64,000 nucleotides of DNA from Setoptus koraiensis (taxonomy: Eukaryota > Animalia > Arthropoda). The stretch lies in contig CM106586.1 in assembly GCA_048013815.1 (NCBI GenBank), positions 18,290,001-18,354,000 on the forward strand. The letters run 5' to 3'. This document shows, piece after piece, positions 1 to 13,310 of the stretch. Both the position numbers and the translations under genes were made by a program. Numbering within the stretch: position 1 is the first letter of the stretch; the number at the start of each line of letters is the position of its first letter. The notes below the pieces were generated by a model, which saw nothing but the letters and a program-made list of their open reading frames with translations, made no database searches and was not told the DNA's origin.

Positions 1-55
1 TTTGCGCCACCGACTTTGTGACTTTGTGTTGCTGACTTCGCGTTGCTGACTCGAA

Positions 56-124
56 GTAACGGACTCGACGTAACGGACTCGACGTAACGGACTCGGCGCA
101 ACGGACTCGGCGCAACTGACTCGG
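56..124. repeat. Imperfect tandem repeat, 14-nt unit GTAACGGACTCGAC, about 5 copies
   Basis: Read directly from the sequence. Confidence 0.9.
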
Positions 125-424
125 TGTCGCCAACTGCACAACTGGCTGCGCCAAGCTGCGCCACAGCAAGTTGTGCAGTTGGCAGTTATGTAACAACTGC
201 ATGTTGCCGCAATTGTTGCATAACAATATAACGGTTATGTATATGAGGCCACAAGCAGCGATCGATATTACATCATAGTATCATGTATCATAGTATCATG
301 TATCATAGTATAGATATATATAGATGGATTTAAATTGACACTGCTCGTCAGTGGCCAGTGTGTGCGTCTGACAAGAATAATAATAAGCAGTGAGCGTCTT
401 GTCGGCTGCTTGTGTTTTTGGCCC

Positions 425-586
425 ATCGTCTCATTGCGTCATCGTCTCATTGCATCATCGTCTCATTGCATCATCGTCTCATTGCATCATGGTCGCTGCA
501 TATGGATACTGCATATAAAGGCATGGATATGGCGTGGATATGGCGTGGATATGGCGTGGATGTGGCGTGGATGTGGCGTGGATATG
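425..586. repeat. Adjacent tandem arrays: 16-nt CATCGTCTCATTGCAT (about 4 copies) and GGAT(A/G)TGGCGT-type unit (about 6 copies)
   Basis: Read directly from the sequence. Confidence 0.9.
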
Positions 587-900
587 GGCCAGAGTGCGGC
601 GCAGAGAGCCGACGGCAGCCAGTTTGCGCTCGAAGCTAGGTGGCCCGAGACAGGTTATTATTGGTGCAGCGGGCAGCGGGCGGCAAGCGGCAAGCAGCCC
701 GAAGCCTGCAACAGGTACACAGGTAACTCACCATCAATCATCGGTGCGGAGGGGCATCCACGGCGCAAAGTAGAAGTAAAACTAGACTTTTGAACAAACC
801 TGACGAGTGCTGTTTTGCTGGTCGGTATCGCAGCGACGACACGGCCGCGGACAAACAGATAGCCGGCTCGCGAGATATCCAGCCGAAGAGATAGTCTCAC

Positions 901-968
901 TGGCCGGCCGAAGAGACGCTGAGATGGCCGGCCGAAGAGACGCTGAGATTGCCGGCCGAAGAGATGCG
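901..968. repeat. Tandem 24-nt unit TGGCCGGCCGAAGAGACGCTGAGA, about 3 copies
   Basis: Read directly; it produces the RRDAE(M/I)AG peptide repeats in the ORF track. Confidence 0.85.
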
Positions 969-3697
969 ACAGTGCGCAGAGACGCACAGGCGAGGGCAGA
1001 GATGATAAAACGAATTCGAGATAAAACGAAACGAAACGACACAGGGGCCATCACAGAGATAACGGTCGCATCAATTCGGAGACACACAGCCGATGGCTGG
1101 GCTGGCTTAATTAGCGAGCGCCTGTAATAAGCATGCTAATGGGTAATGCGCAAATGAAACATGCAACATTACGATGGCATGTATGTTAATTAGCGAGCGA
1201 GCCGCTTGTTGCTGTCGGTGTGTGTGTGTTATCATACAGTGTAAAGATTGCGTCAGTTGTTGCGATTACGTCAGTTGCCCCTGTTGTTGTACTACAACAG
1301 TTGTAGAGAGTGTGTGTGTGTGTAATTAAGCGGCACATTGCAACACTAATCAGGATTTGCTTGTTGTCAGCTGGAAGTGCGCTCTGATTTATTAATGAAA
1401 CCTCCATTAGCGCGATCTCTCACGACTATTACGAGGCCACCGGTCAGCCGACTGGCCGGCCGTTGGCCAACTGCCCGCTGCCCGCTGCCCGCTGCTCACT
1501 GCTCACTGCCACCGAGCGGCCACCGAGCGGCCACAACACGCCGACAGGTGAGCGGATCCGTCTGATCTGGATCAATTCACAGCTGATATCAGGCCAATTG
1601 TGAGCGTTCACAGGCCGCCAGCGAAAGTGCGCATGCCATCGGATGTTTGTTTGCAAAGAAGAGCCGACTTGGCGTGCCGAGGGCCCGGGGCTCAACGGAC
1701 AACACCCAGGCTCACCTTTGCTGTGACTCACGGCCTGACAACGCTCGAGCCCAATGGAAGGCGCTCGAGCTGCTCGCTGAACGCAAGGCGAGCGTCCGAG
1801 GCGAATTATCAGAGTTATCAGAGGCGAACTGTCAGATGATCCGACAAAAGGCAAATACTGGCAAGTCAAACAGCGGCCGATACGAGCAGCCAACGGCGTG
1901 GACAATGGTCAATCGCCAGTGGCCAGCCGTTACACGTTGCATGTTTGTGTCAGAGCGAGTGCTGGCGTCGGACAGGTGCGACAACAGTTGGCTACCTGTT
2001 GTTGTTGTCGTCGCTGTTGTCGGTGTCGCCGTTGTTGTGTGTCTATGTTGCTGTTTGTCGTTGTTGTTGTTGTTGTTTGTCGTTGTTGATTTGCATCTAT
2101 TGAGAGCACGAACTAACTGGCCGCTACCGTGCAGTGCGCTGTCTCGGTCACGAAATAATCACACACTCGCACTCACTGTTACATTGCAGCCGAGCTAAAC
2201 TGAACCCGGCCGAACCCGGCCAGCGCACACAAGCCCACCAAAGCAACGCTGACCAAACGAAAACGGACCGAACCAACACTGACCAAGCGAACGCTGACCA
2301 AGCGAACGCTGGCCAGGCCAAGTGTGCGTGCCAGCGAAAATCGATTGATTTGGCAAGCTCATGAGCGCGCTCGCTGTGTCCGGTGTGACAACTTTCTCGC
2401 TGCGGCTCCGATGGGCAGCGCCTGCCTTTTTGGGCCTGACGCTGGCCGGCGCCGGCCAGCATCGCCCAACGTTGCCCGATATCGCCTAATGTCGGCCGAA
2501 ATCGGCCGAAATCGACTGATATCTCCGGTCCGCGCTCGTCGGCCTAATGTCGCCGATGTTGCGATATCGGGCCGGCGAGCGCAGAATGGCCAGACCCGAG
2601 CGGCGAGACCCGAGCAGCCAGACCCGAGCGGCCAGACCCGAGCGGCCAGAGCCGAGCCGCCAGAGCGACAGACGCGGGCCAGCAAGCGAAAGGCCAAATA
2701 TGAAAATAACGGGCGAGCGCAAAATGACGGGCGAGCGAAAGTAACGGGCGAGCGAAAATGACAGGCTTGCGAGCCAACAGCAAACGAGCGCCAGACGGTG
2801 GTTGCTGTGGCTGTTATCTCGCTGCCGAAATCGTGCACCGTCGTCGGCTGACCGCTCGTCCATGGACATGTCAATATTTGGTCTGCGCTCGGCCGTTGCT
2901 CGGTTTGGCGCTCGGCCGGCCGCTCGGCTCGGCGCTGGCTCGGCGCTGGCTCGACCGCATCAAACGATGTCGACCGGGTCAGGCGCCGAATGAGAGCATA
3001 GTCCACGGCTGACCCAACGGCAAAAACACGAGCTCGCCGGACAACAGAAACATGACGATGCGGTCACTCATCAATCAACTCGTTGGTCGTGGATGGTCGC
3101 TGGCGAGTGGCAAGTGGCGAGTCGCCGAGTGGTGACCAATAAACAAACACCGGACAAACTTGTGAAACTTGTCGGTATGTCCATTGAATGGCACGCACCG
3201 AGAAACGGTGGCGCCGCCGCAGCCATTCAATGGAATTTCCATTATTGTCGAGTCTCTATTTGAATAATAATTTGGCCCGTTGCGCCACACCAAACGCCAA
3301 ATAGCGAGAGAGCACAATGGCGGCGTTGCGCGAACGCTAAATGGCCGCGTCGCTCGGTCCGAGACTCTCGGAGCGGCATTGTGGGCGCGTTTGCGCAAGC
3401 GGCCACCATTAGCCATTGGCCAATGGCCGTTTAAACGCAAATGCAACTCAAATGGCGCCATCACTTGATGCAGATCTAATCTCATTGTTCGCGATATTTA
3501 TTCACGAGCGCCGCTCGCTCGCCAATTTGCCGATTCGGCCAACTTTTTGGCCCGCTTGCCCACTCTGGCAGCTCTGGCAACTTTGCCGACTCTGGCAACC
3601 GTTGCGTCGCTTCGCAATGTTGGTGTCCGGCAGACGGAAACGGGTCACCAACTGAGACAAAAGAGTCGCGCGCAACACCGCAGCGCCACCAGCAACA

Positions 3698-4250
3698 ACA
3701 GCAACATTGGCAAGACAGCAACAACAACGTTGGCAAGACAGCAGCAGCAACAACAACAGCACAAACAACACAAACAGCGCCAACAACCGAGCAAACAACA
3801 CAAACAGCGGCGATGGTCAAGATGGCAACTGGCTGGCATCAAATGTGATCGCTGATGTGATTTGAATCTCAATCTAGTTACCTGGCCAGTTAGCCGGTCA
3901 GTCAGTGGGCATCGCCGACTGTTGTGTGTTGTGCAACGGCCAGCGTCAGACTGAACTTGCGTCACTAGAGGCACCAAAACTAAAACTGAAACAGAAACAG
4001 AGAGAGAGAGTGCAATCTATTTTTAGTTTTTATTTGGCCGCTCTTTCCGACTTGCGCCGCCATTTAATCGATTATATCGTATGACGCAACTGGTGCCCTC
4101 ACTAGCTCACTAACTCGCTCGCTCGCTCGCTCACTCTGTCGCCGTTGCTACCTGGTCGCTGTCTAACTGTCTCGCCGGTTTGTTGTTGCTGTGGTTGCTG
4201 CTGTCGCTGTCTCGCCAGCGTTGTTGTCGCTGTCTTGCCAATGTTGCTGT
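3698..4250. repeat. Inverted repeat, 50-bp arms (3698-3747 and 4201-4250), 45/50 identical
   Basis: The reverse complement of 4201-4250 aligns to 3698-3747. The peptide SNIGKTATTTLARQ appears in ORFs on opposite strands. Confidence 0.9.
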
Positions 4251-5227
4251 CTCGCCAATGTTGCTGTCTCGCCAATGTCTTGCCGTTGGTGCCTGTGGTG
4301 TGCGTAAGGACGTCACAGGCGCGCACAGCTCACGACAGCAACAAACGCAACTCTGCATCAAATGGATGTTGCACTTGTTACGCAACTAAACAATGTTGAC
4401 CGGCCAAATGGTTGCCGTTGCACAGGCCGGCCGACAGCAAGCGTCGTTTGGATGTTGTTGTTGCTGTAACGAGCCTAACAAGTGTAGCAACGAGATGGAA
4501 CGCGATGATTAATTGTTATTGTTCCTCTGGACGCGACGTAACAGCAACAGCGCGCTCACTCTGGCCATAAATCGCATAATTGTTGTTGTTTACCGTTATA
4601 ACTGGCTCAATATATTACGCAACATGTCGTTGTTGGCGCTGTTGTTGTTGTCGTTGTTGGCGCTGTTGTTGTTGTCGTTGTTGTTGGCGTTGTTGTTGGC
4701 GTTGTTGCTGGCGTCGGTCCTGCAACAACGATTCGATTCGGCTCGACTCAAATCGATTGGATTAGATTAGATTGTTCGTTGGTCAGCGAGCGTCGCCCTT
4801 ATCGCCGGGCCTGTTTTGTGTGCCGTTTCAAATCAGTTGCGTCAGTGGCGCCGGTCGCGACGGTCGCGTCTTGTGCGTCGGCCGCGGCCGCGGCTCGTAT
4901 CTGGTCAATTAATCAGTTTGATTGAGTGTATAGGTATGTCCAATTGTGTTGCTGGCCAACGCAAGGTGCTCATGACTCACAAATCATATCTCTTGTTGTT
5001 GTTGTTGTCGAGCTCGTTGGCCGGTACTGCTCGCCACTTGTGCAACTCACAGGCGATGGCGCAACAATTGTTGGCCTAACCAACTGTTGTACCACCACAG
5101 CGTCGTTATGTAACACTTGCAGCGTCGTTAATATTATTATGTAATATTGGTATTACGCTAATATTACGCCGATATTATTAGCTGTTGGCAAGCCGTCGCT
5201 GTTGCCATCATAATCGTACTCGGCATG

Positions 5228-5340
5228 TGAGTTTGCGAGCTGGCGAGTTTGTCAGTTTGAGAGTTTGTGAGCTCGCGAGTTTGTCAGTTTGAGAGTTTGC
5301 GAGCTGGCGAGTTTGTCAGTTTGAGAGTTTGTGAGCTCGT
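5228..5340. repeat. Tandem 32-nt unit GAGTTTGTCAGTTTGAGAGTTTG(T/C)GAGCT(C/G)GC, about 3.5 copies
   Basis: Read directly from the sequence. Confidence 0.9.
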
Positions 5341-6600
5341 GAGCCCGAGAGCCCGAGAGATTGCGCCTGATGCAAGCGGGCGAACAGCGGCCAAGTTTAA
5401 TTATAATTATTGAAATTAAAATAGCAAAAAGAAAAAATGATTTAAATCTGGCCGCTCTCGATTGGCCGGTCATTAGGGCCAACAAACAGTTGTTGTAGTG
5501 AGTAATGGCTGTACATTGACCGGTCGTCATTTGTCGCGCGCCTCTCAAACACAGTGTGTGTGTGTGTGTGCCAATGGCAAGTGCAATTGCGCTGCTAATT
5601 TGTTTCGCACTGTCCGCGCAACAAGCTCACCAGCCAGTGATTTAATGGGATATTTACACACGTTTTAAGCACACGATTTGCACCGCCAGCATGTTTACAC
5701 CAGCATGTAGTAGCCGCGATTATTGTTATGTAACGCCAAATAACGTTCACACTGTGCATTGTTGCACCTTGGCTAGTCATAGTGACTGCACACTGAACTA
5801 TTGCTGACTGAACTATTGAATTTGCGCTGGCCCGAGCCGAGCCAAAGTCAATTGAGGAATAAATATTATTTGCGATTATTTGGATTCGCGCACACAATCC
5901 CCATTGTGAGATTCATTCACCATTGCACTTCGCAATTTGTCAGTCGGTACGGCCAACAGTGAAAGCGACAAGTGAAATGTATCTCGCGCCACTAATAAAC
6001 GCGTTCGCGTTGAATCGCGCTCGATCGACAAATTGATTGAATTGATTTGCTCACTATTAATTTAATGGACTGCAATTGGCATTGCGTAACCAGTGTTCGT
6101 GAGAACGCAAACATCAATTTGTCGGACAGTTAACAGGTAGCCGGTCAACACTGGCCAAGTGGCGCAGCCGCCAGTAGGAAAATGAAAATTGATAATTGAA
6201 TTCTCAATTGGTCATTTGGCAATTCTCGGCTCGGCTCGGACTGGCCGTCGATTGTAAATCGCGTTCGACACATCGCTCAAGGTCATTCGTGGCTGTTGTT
6301 GTTCTCGCTGCTGACCGGTCTCACACAGCAACAGCGGCAACAACATCAGCAACAACATCAGCAACAACATCAGCAACAACAGCAGCAACAACAGCAGCAA
6401 CAACAACTGAACTGCTAATTGTATACAAATTGGGTGGATAATTGGCCGAATTGGACGGTCGACGCACTCAGATATTCGCACATCTGACGTTGCACAGCCA
6501 ACGAAGGCCCAGGCTGCATCTACCGCCGTCCTGGTTCCAGCTGATTGATTTGATTTGACTCGATCGATGATGCAACTCACAATGTATGCAAATTAGTCGA

Positions 6601-6705
6601 CTGTTGTTGTTGTTGTTGTTGCTGTTGCTGCTGCTGTTGTTGCTGCTGTTGCTGCTGTTGCTGCTGTTGCTGCTGTTGCTGCTGTTGCTGTTGTTGTTGT
6701 TGCCA
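6601..6705. repeat. (TTG/CTG)n trinucleotide tract of about 105 nt
   Basis: Read directly; gives poly-Leu and poly-N/S ORFs. Confidence 0.95.
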
Positions 6706-7915
6706 CCTGGCGGGCTCGCCAGACAGCAACAACAATTAGCCGATTGGACCGTCAGTTTGCACCGTTTCGTCTCTCGGATGTACGCCAACACACACACACA
6801 CACATGTTATATAATACATATTATATAATACATAATATATCGTACAGGTGTACGATGCGTTGGAACAGGTAACAACAATGCCCATTCGTCTGTCTGTGAT
6901 CTGATGCGCCGCATCGAGCCCCCTAGACAGTTGTTTATATGCGGCAAATTGTTGTTACGCAAGAGTCGTCTAGTCGTTTAAAAGTTGGTCGCTATGATGG
7001 TGTCTTCACTTGAACGAAACACATGAACACACACAGCCGACACTCGTTGGCCAATAATAATAATAATAGTAATAAGCATAGTAATAGTTATAATAATAAT
7101 AATGGCGGTTGAGGGGATGCTAGTGGCAATTATCGATTGTTATATAATCTTATGTTATTTCTTATGTAACATTGACAGACATATGTTACTGCATGCGACT
7201 CACTGTGTATGTGTTAACAGTGCAACCTGTTAACAACGACAGCAACAGCAACAACAACAGCAACAACGACAGCAACAACAACAACAGCAACAAGTGTGCT
7301 GCATGCGCATATGGATACTTCCCACTGTTTCATTGGTTGTGAGTTGAGTTATTTCTCTCGTTATTGAGAGAGACACTTGTTAAACTTTTTGGCCAAATCA
7401 GTTAAGCGCAGAGGAAGAAAAAGAAGACCGATAGCGGTCGTTGGCGCTGTTGTTGCTGTCTCGCTAAAATTGTTTCCTCGCGTGTGTACGCCGATTTGCG
7501 CTAACGATACTGTATACGATACCTGATTTACACGACAACAACAACAACAGCAGCAGCAGCAACAACTCGCGATAAACTCATACCACCCCCAAAGAGTAAA
7601 ATAGCAGTGCAACCTTACCTGTTGCCTGTGATCACTTATCACCGATAAGTGATCCAGTTGGCGGCTGCACGGAAATCAGCGAGTGTCAGTGACAGAAAAA
7701 CCTTACGTAACCATAACATACACCATGTGACAGCGACTAGTGACTAATTATTTATTTATATCATCACTATTACCATTTTGCAATGTATCACTGATTCTGA
7801 TCAATTATGTATCATCATCAACAACAACAACAACAACAACAGCAGGATCAAAAACAAAATCGTCGGCCTGGGTCATCATCAGGCGTCCAACATTTACAGA
7901 GATCATCAGCATTAT

Positions 7916-9668
7916 ATGGAATCGGCTGCCATCACCAAATTGGGTGTTCAGCCGCATCATTCGTCTCCGTCCACGTCAAGCATTCAAACGCCGCCAGGTT
8001 CTAGCGGTAAACACGGCAGCACAGGTAGCAGTAGCGACGGCGACCATCATAATCATCATCACCATCACAATACCCATCACACTCTCATGAATGCTCATCA
8101 AGTGTCACAACAGCAACAACAACAACAACAACAGCACCAGCATCATTCATCCAGTGCTAGACAACGTTCAGCAAACGTGCTCAAATCGGTCGGTGTTGGC
8201 GTCGTAGGCGTAGGCGTTGGCAAGACCGCTGGCTATCTAAATGTCAACAACAGTGATGACCAGAGTAGCGGCCTAACAACAACAACCATGACAAACTCTA
8301 TTAATAAGCATCCATTTAGTAATCATCACGGCAGCAATAGTAGCCAACACAATGGCTCTAATAACAATTGTGGGGGCAGATTTCTATTAGGTGTATTGTT
8401 TACTATTGCAGAATTATTATTATTTAGTTGCGTCACTATTTGGCTGTATTGGTCTTATCAGCACGATGATGGTTTAGCTTGGAATCAGGATAGAAAGCAA
8501 CAGTTTAATTTGCATGCCGCTCTCATGTTATTTGGTTTTGTATTCTTAAATGGTCAAGCGATGCTAGTGTACAGATCGTTTCAATGTTGCAACAAGATAT
8601 ACACAAAAATATTGCACACCATATTGTTTGTATTGTCAACATCGGCCATTAGTTTAGGCGTCATATTGGCCTATAGTGCCCAGGAGAATGTTGGCATTGG
8701 CAACAAGCCCATAATGCACTTCTATTCGCTGCACGCTTGGATAGGCCTGGTAACGGTGGGCCTGTTTGTTTTTCAGGTGAGTGTCTCTGGTCTTGCCATC
8801 CGTCTGGCCGTTGGTCTGGCCGCCGACCAACTGGCTCAACGTCTGAATGAAAGTCCACTTTTTATAATTCAATTCCTGTATATCTCTTGCTCGCTCGCTC
8901 GCTCGCTCTTTCCTTCTCGATATGTTAAACTTTCTATCGACTGATTCAACAACAACTGTTATGCATAATGTATTCCGCTAATTAACGAACCCTGTGTGTG
9001 TCTCCAATGTCCAATGGCAGTTTGTTTTTGGTTTCACCTCGTTCCTCATACTATTGTGCTGCGACCGGGCCACCTCCAGATTTAGGGCCGCCTTGTTGCC
9101 TATACACAGAACATTCGGACTTATCATATTCAGGTAATAAAAACCCGCCAACCGGCCAAATGCCACTGCCAAACAATATAATAATAATAATAACAACTTG
9201 AAATATAATAACTTTATTGTTCCTCTCACCTTCTGTCTCTCGAACTAATCCCATTCTCGGCACAGTTTGGCCGTATCAACCAGTCTAACTGGACTCTTGC
9301 AGACAGCTCGTTCTCGTTTGAGGTAAGTGAAAAACAATCAACGGCACAGTTGAATATTATCTCTTTGCGGGTCAATCTGTACAGAAAGGATTAACAGTAT
9401 CATCGGGCACTAAAACTTTATTTATCATTATATTATAATATCATTCATTGCATTATTTCGCTTTTGCTTTCATTATCATCATACTCACAGCTCGAAACTG
9501 GGCAAGATCGACTATCACGAATTATCCGAGGCCGGATTACTAATTAACGCCATTGGTGTCTGTCTAATTGGATTGGCTATTCTCATACCGTACATCATAA
9601 GAAATTCGCCAAACAAGAGAGTGAAAAGTGATAGGCTGAGATTATCACAATTGGACATGAGGATATAA
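7916..9668 (+). CDS. nemy: Cytochrome b561 family transmembrane ascorbate-dependent reductase, nemy-like, about 402 aa
   Basis: Exons 7916-8776, 9021-9133, 9266-9322 and 9491-9668 all have GT-AG boundaries and total 1209 nt in frame. Four heme-ligand His are present (FNLHAALM, KILHTILF, YSLHAWIG, LPIHRTFG). LVYRSFQCCNKIYTKILH and QFVFGFTSFLILLCC...ALLPIHRTFGL match the recalled Nemy subfamily. The start codon is uncertain: the ORF track starts at TTG 7778, and the first in-frame ATG is 7916. Confidence 0.85.
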
Positions 9669-11391
9669 AATAAAACAGCTCGTATGTGTTTCATTTGTTG
9701 ATAAACAAAGCAAAAGAGATAATATGCATATATATGGAGAATACCAACACCAACAACAACAATAGCAGAGAAAACAGTATTGGTTGTGCAAATAATCTTC
9801 ATCTTTTTTTTGTTCGCCGCTCCTAGTTCCTCTATATACAAATGTATAAGTATAATGTCTAACCGGGCGAAATCTGGTATTAATGAATTAAGAGATAAAC
9901 AATATTAAAATAAATACTCACAAGCGCTACACGCTAGCTAACAACAGACATATCTTTCGTGCTACCCATCGAGACAAACGTATATTTGACAGACGTATAC
10001 CTAGGTGTATCAAGAGTACGGAGCCGGGATAAGTTAATAAGCTTGCCAAGTGGACATGTGACCTATGGCAGATCACCCTCATTTATCAGCTCTCACACGT
10101 GCGAGATATTGTCTGATACGTGATCGGTGTTGATTGGGATGCTGATAAATGTACAAGTGTATCGTAGTAGACCAGACAGCAAATCTGTTGCAACTGTTGA
10201 TTGTTCGCTACGTGGCCCTGGCGAAATCTAAACTAGAAACGCAGGTTAGATTTTGCCAACACACGTTACGATTGGTAATAGAAATTGTCATTACTGTACC
10301 TTGGGCGACCACCTGACCATGCTAATTTTGGCTAAACTAATTATATAATGTATAACTACATACATAATCGGTCCGACTAACAATCACACCATTGAGACCA
10401 TTGGATTGTTCGAAAATAGCGCCTTACCGGACTTGTGATGCGTCGAATTGTCGAGAGGTGGCACTACATTACATTTTTGCACGAGCGTCAGTTTCTCATG
10501 ACTAGAGCCTAGGTGTGTGCGTTAGAAAATATCTGTGTGTGTGCGTGTGTGTGTGTTTCTGACATGGCTAACAAAAATTTGTGTGCGTGTGCTGCGGAGA
10601 ACGTTAACATAACTGGTACATGTTTTATCGCGCGGGTGTTTATAGAACACACACACATGTTATAGTGTTGGCAAGTTTGTTAAGAGGGCGCTGTGTGCGC
10701 TGACAATTGTAGAACGCTGTGAGCGGCGTTGGCAGCAATGCGTGTACAAACACACTGAAAGCAACAGTTTATGTGGCCGGTCAGTAATGCATGCTGGCAT
10801 TGACGTGTACCATTGTTGTGTTTTGCGCGCCTTCTACAGTATATTTTGTGCACTTCACACTCTGGATGCAACAGTATCATCAATCGGCTCACAGACACTA
10901 TACATGGTGTTGAAAGAATTTTCTTTGGACATGAATGAATCTATAATCGTTCTATTCCATGTCCGTATACCGGCAAGTGTTCAGTGTTAAGTGGAAAGAG
11001 GAGGCGAAAGGAACAGCCCGATGAGATTCGTCAAGGAATATCCAACCAAAATCTATTAACTATTATTTTTGTTTTGTATATATAGTATTATATTTATTAT
11101 CATTATTATTATATTTTCACTGGTATTATTATACCCCCTAAGGCCATTATTATCATTCTTAATATTACTATTATTTAGACACATCACTCCAGGTATATGT
11201 ATACATATTTTTTTGTATATATATACAGTTACTTATGTGTGTATCCCACATACATATACATATAAAATTATTATTTAGATTACAACACTATCGCTATACT
11301 CATATGTACATATTTATATAGAATTACCAACACCAACAATATATAATAATACATGTATAGTCACCATAATTAGTCAAAACAAGCACGGATT

Positions 11392-13310
11392 ATGGATGGA
11401 GACGATTTTGCCTCAATCCAGCTACTGGGCACCTTGAATGATGGCTTCAAATCTAATGATTTTAACACTGATGTAGCGAAATATTTTCGCATCTTTCAAG
11501 AGGAAAGTATTGTCGATCACTCTTTCACAATCAACGAGGGCCTCAGGAATGAAGCAAACTCACTGACCATTTCAAACGCCATTGTCAACAATAACAAACC
11601 AAAAAACCAAGCCTGCCATGTAGTATTTCATCCAAGTAATAGTCAACAACTAGGATCAATTAAACAGGAATTCGCACAACCTATTGTCTATGATTCTAGC
11701 TTTAAACAACTAGATCTGCAACAACAACACCAACAATTCTTACAACTACAACAACAGTCAATGGTAGATGTTCAATATGTCTACTATGATGATATTAATT
11801 GCCAGCATAATATTCATCACTCATCATCTCACCAAAGAGCTGATATTGGAACTAATAATCTCCTAGTAGCACAAAATATTACTAATACCAGTAGTAACGC
11901 TTGTAGTGGTAGTGTCAATAGTGGTAGTAGTAATAGCAATGATAACGGTGTGCTCTTAGTCCCTGATTCGAAAACACTAATCAACACTTTTATCAAGTGT
12001 CAAAATTGTAATCTCAAATTCAAGTCACAAGAAACACATGATAATCACGCTCGTTGTCACTCACAAAATGGAACCAGTGGTTTCAATTGTTACCTTTGCG
12101 AATTCACACGAAAGAAATGGGCTAGTCTAGCCAACCATTTATGGTCAGCGCACAAAATAGATTTGGAATTATCCAAATGTGACAAATGTGAATATAGAAC
12201 TTACAGTCAAAGCATACTAGATAGAGTCCATCTAGCAACTCACGGAGAAGAAAGAAATTTCCTATGTGAAACTTGCGATAAACGTTTCAAAACTATTAAG
12301 CAGCTCCAAAATCATAAGGTAACTATCAGGTTCAGAATAACAAAGTTAATAGACTCCATCTGAATCTAAAACCTTCTTGATATTCTGTATTATGCACGCA
12401 ATACTAACCTATATTTTTGATTGGTTTTTTCATTGTATCAATTCTCATAATGCCCAACTCCCTAGTCTACTCACAATGGTGATATCAAACCAAAGCCAGA
12501 AGTAGTCACCAGAAGTTGCGAAACTTGCCATAAGGAACTTAAAGATAAGAAGTCATTAGATAAACACATCAAAGTAGTTCACAATCGGGTAAAAAATCAT
12601 CCTTGCACTCTTTGTTCCTATAAAGCTCATTCAAGAGGTACCTTACTGACTCACATACGAGCTCAGCATACTGGTAAGTTTACTTCGCCAATTCATAATA
12701 TTTGTTATTTTCTATCAACATTAGATTGTCAACATTAGATTAACCTTTATCTTGACTTACAAATTCTTTATTGTTCACCAAAAGGAGAAAAACCTCATCG
12801 TTGTCAATTCGACCAGTGTCAGTTTTCCACTTCTGATCACAACTCATTTAGGAGACACAAATTGCGCCATGAAGGACACTATCCGTACAATTGTCCTTTC
12901 TGTGAATACCGCTCAATACAGGTAAGCATATTGGTGGAAAAACAATTATTTTCCAAATAGAGTTGGATCGAGTAACAATTGAAACAATATATCATCATCA
13001 TACTTCATCTCTGTCTCTCCCTCTCTTTCAAACTAACCAGTCCTGCTCATACAAGGACCATCTAAAGAAACACAAGAAAGAACCAAGACTGAACGAATAT
13101 CTATTTACTTGCGAAAACTGTGGATTCACTACTATCAACAAATCAAAACTGGCATCTCACCAATTTGCATGTAACAAAAGCGATGTAGAGAATAACATAG
13201 TCAGTAGCGATGAATGTTCCATCGGAAGTGCCTCCTCTTTTACATCGAATGCTCTAGCATCTGCTGCGTCCACTGGTAGAAGTGTCGTGACAGCACGGTA
13301 CCATTTATAA
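11392..13310 (+). CDS. C2H2 zinc-finger protein with about 9 fingers and a Q/N/S-rich N-terminus, about 513 aa
   Basis: Exons 11392-12318, 12466-12673, 12785-12921 and 13041-13310 (1542 nt, in frame). Fingers include CQNC..H..CH, CYLC..HLWSAH, CDKC, CETC..HKSTH, CETC..HIKVVH, CTLC..HIRAQH, a TGEKPH linker, CQFDQC..HKLRH, CPFC..HLKKH and CENC..HQFAC. Confidence 0.9.

Noticed and set aside
2441-2460. Perfect 20-bp palindrome GCTGGCCGGCGCCGGCCAGC; also an 11-bp hairpin at 24350-24374
   Set aside because: Expected occasionally in GGCC-rich or CA-repeat low-complexity DNA; no supporting context.
300-7650. Dozens of 60-215 aa ORFs on both strands
   Set aside because: They overlap in several frames, consist of translated microsatellites (poly-Q/L/C/A) and show no domain motifs. 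GC-rich repeats are stop-poor.
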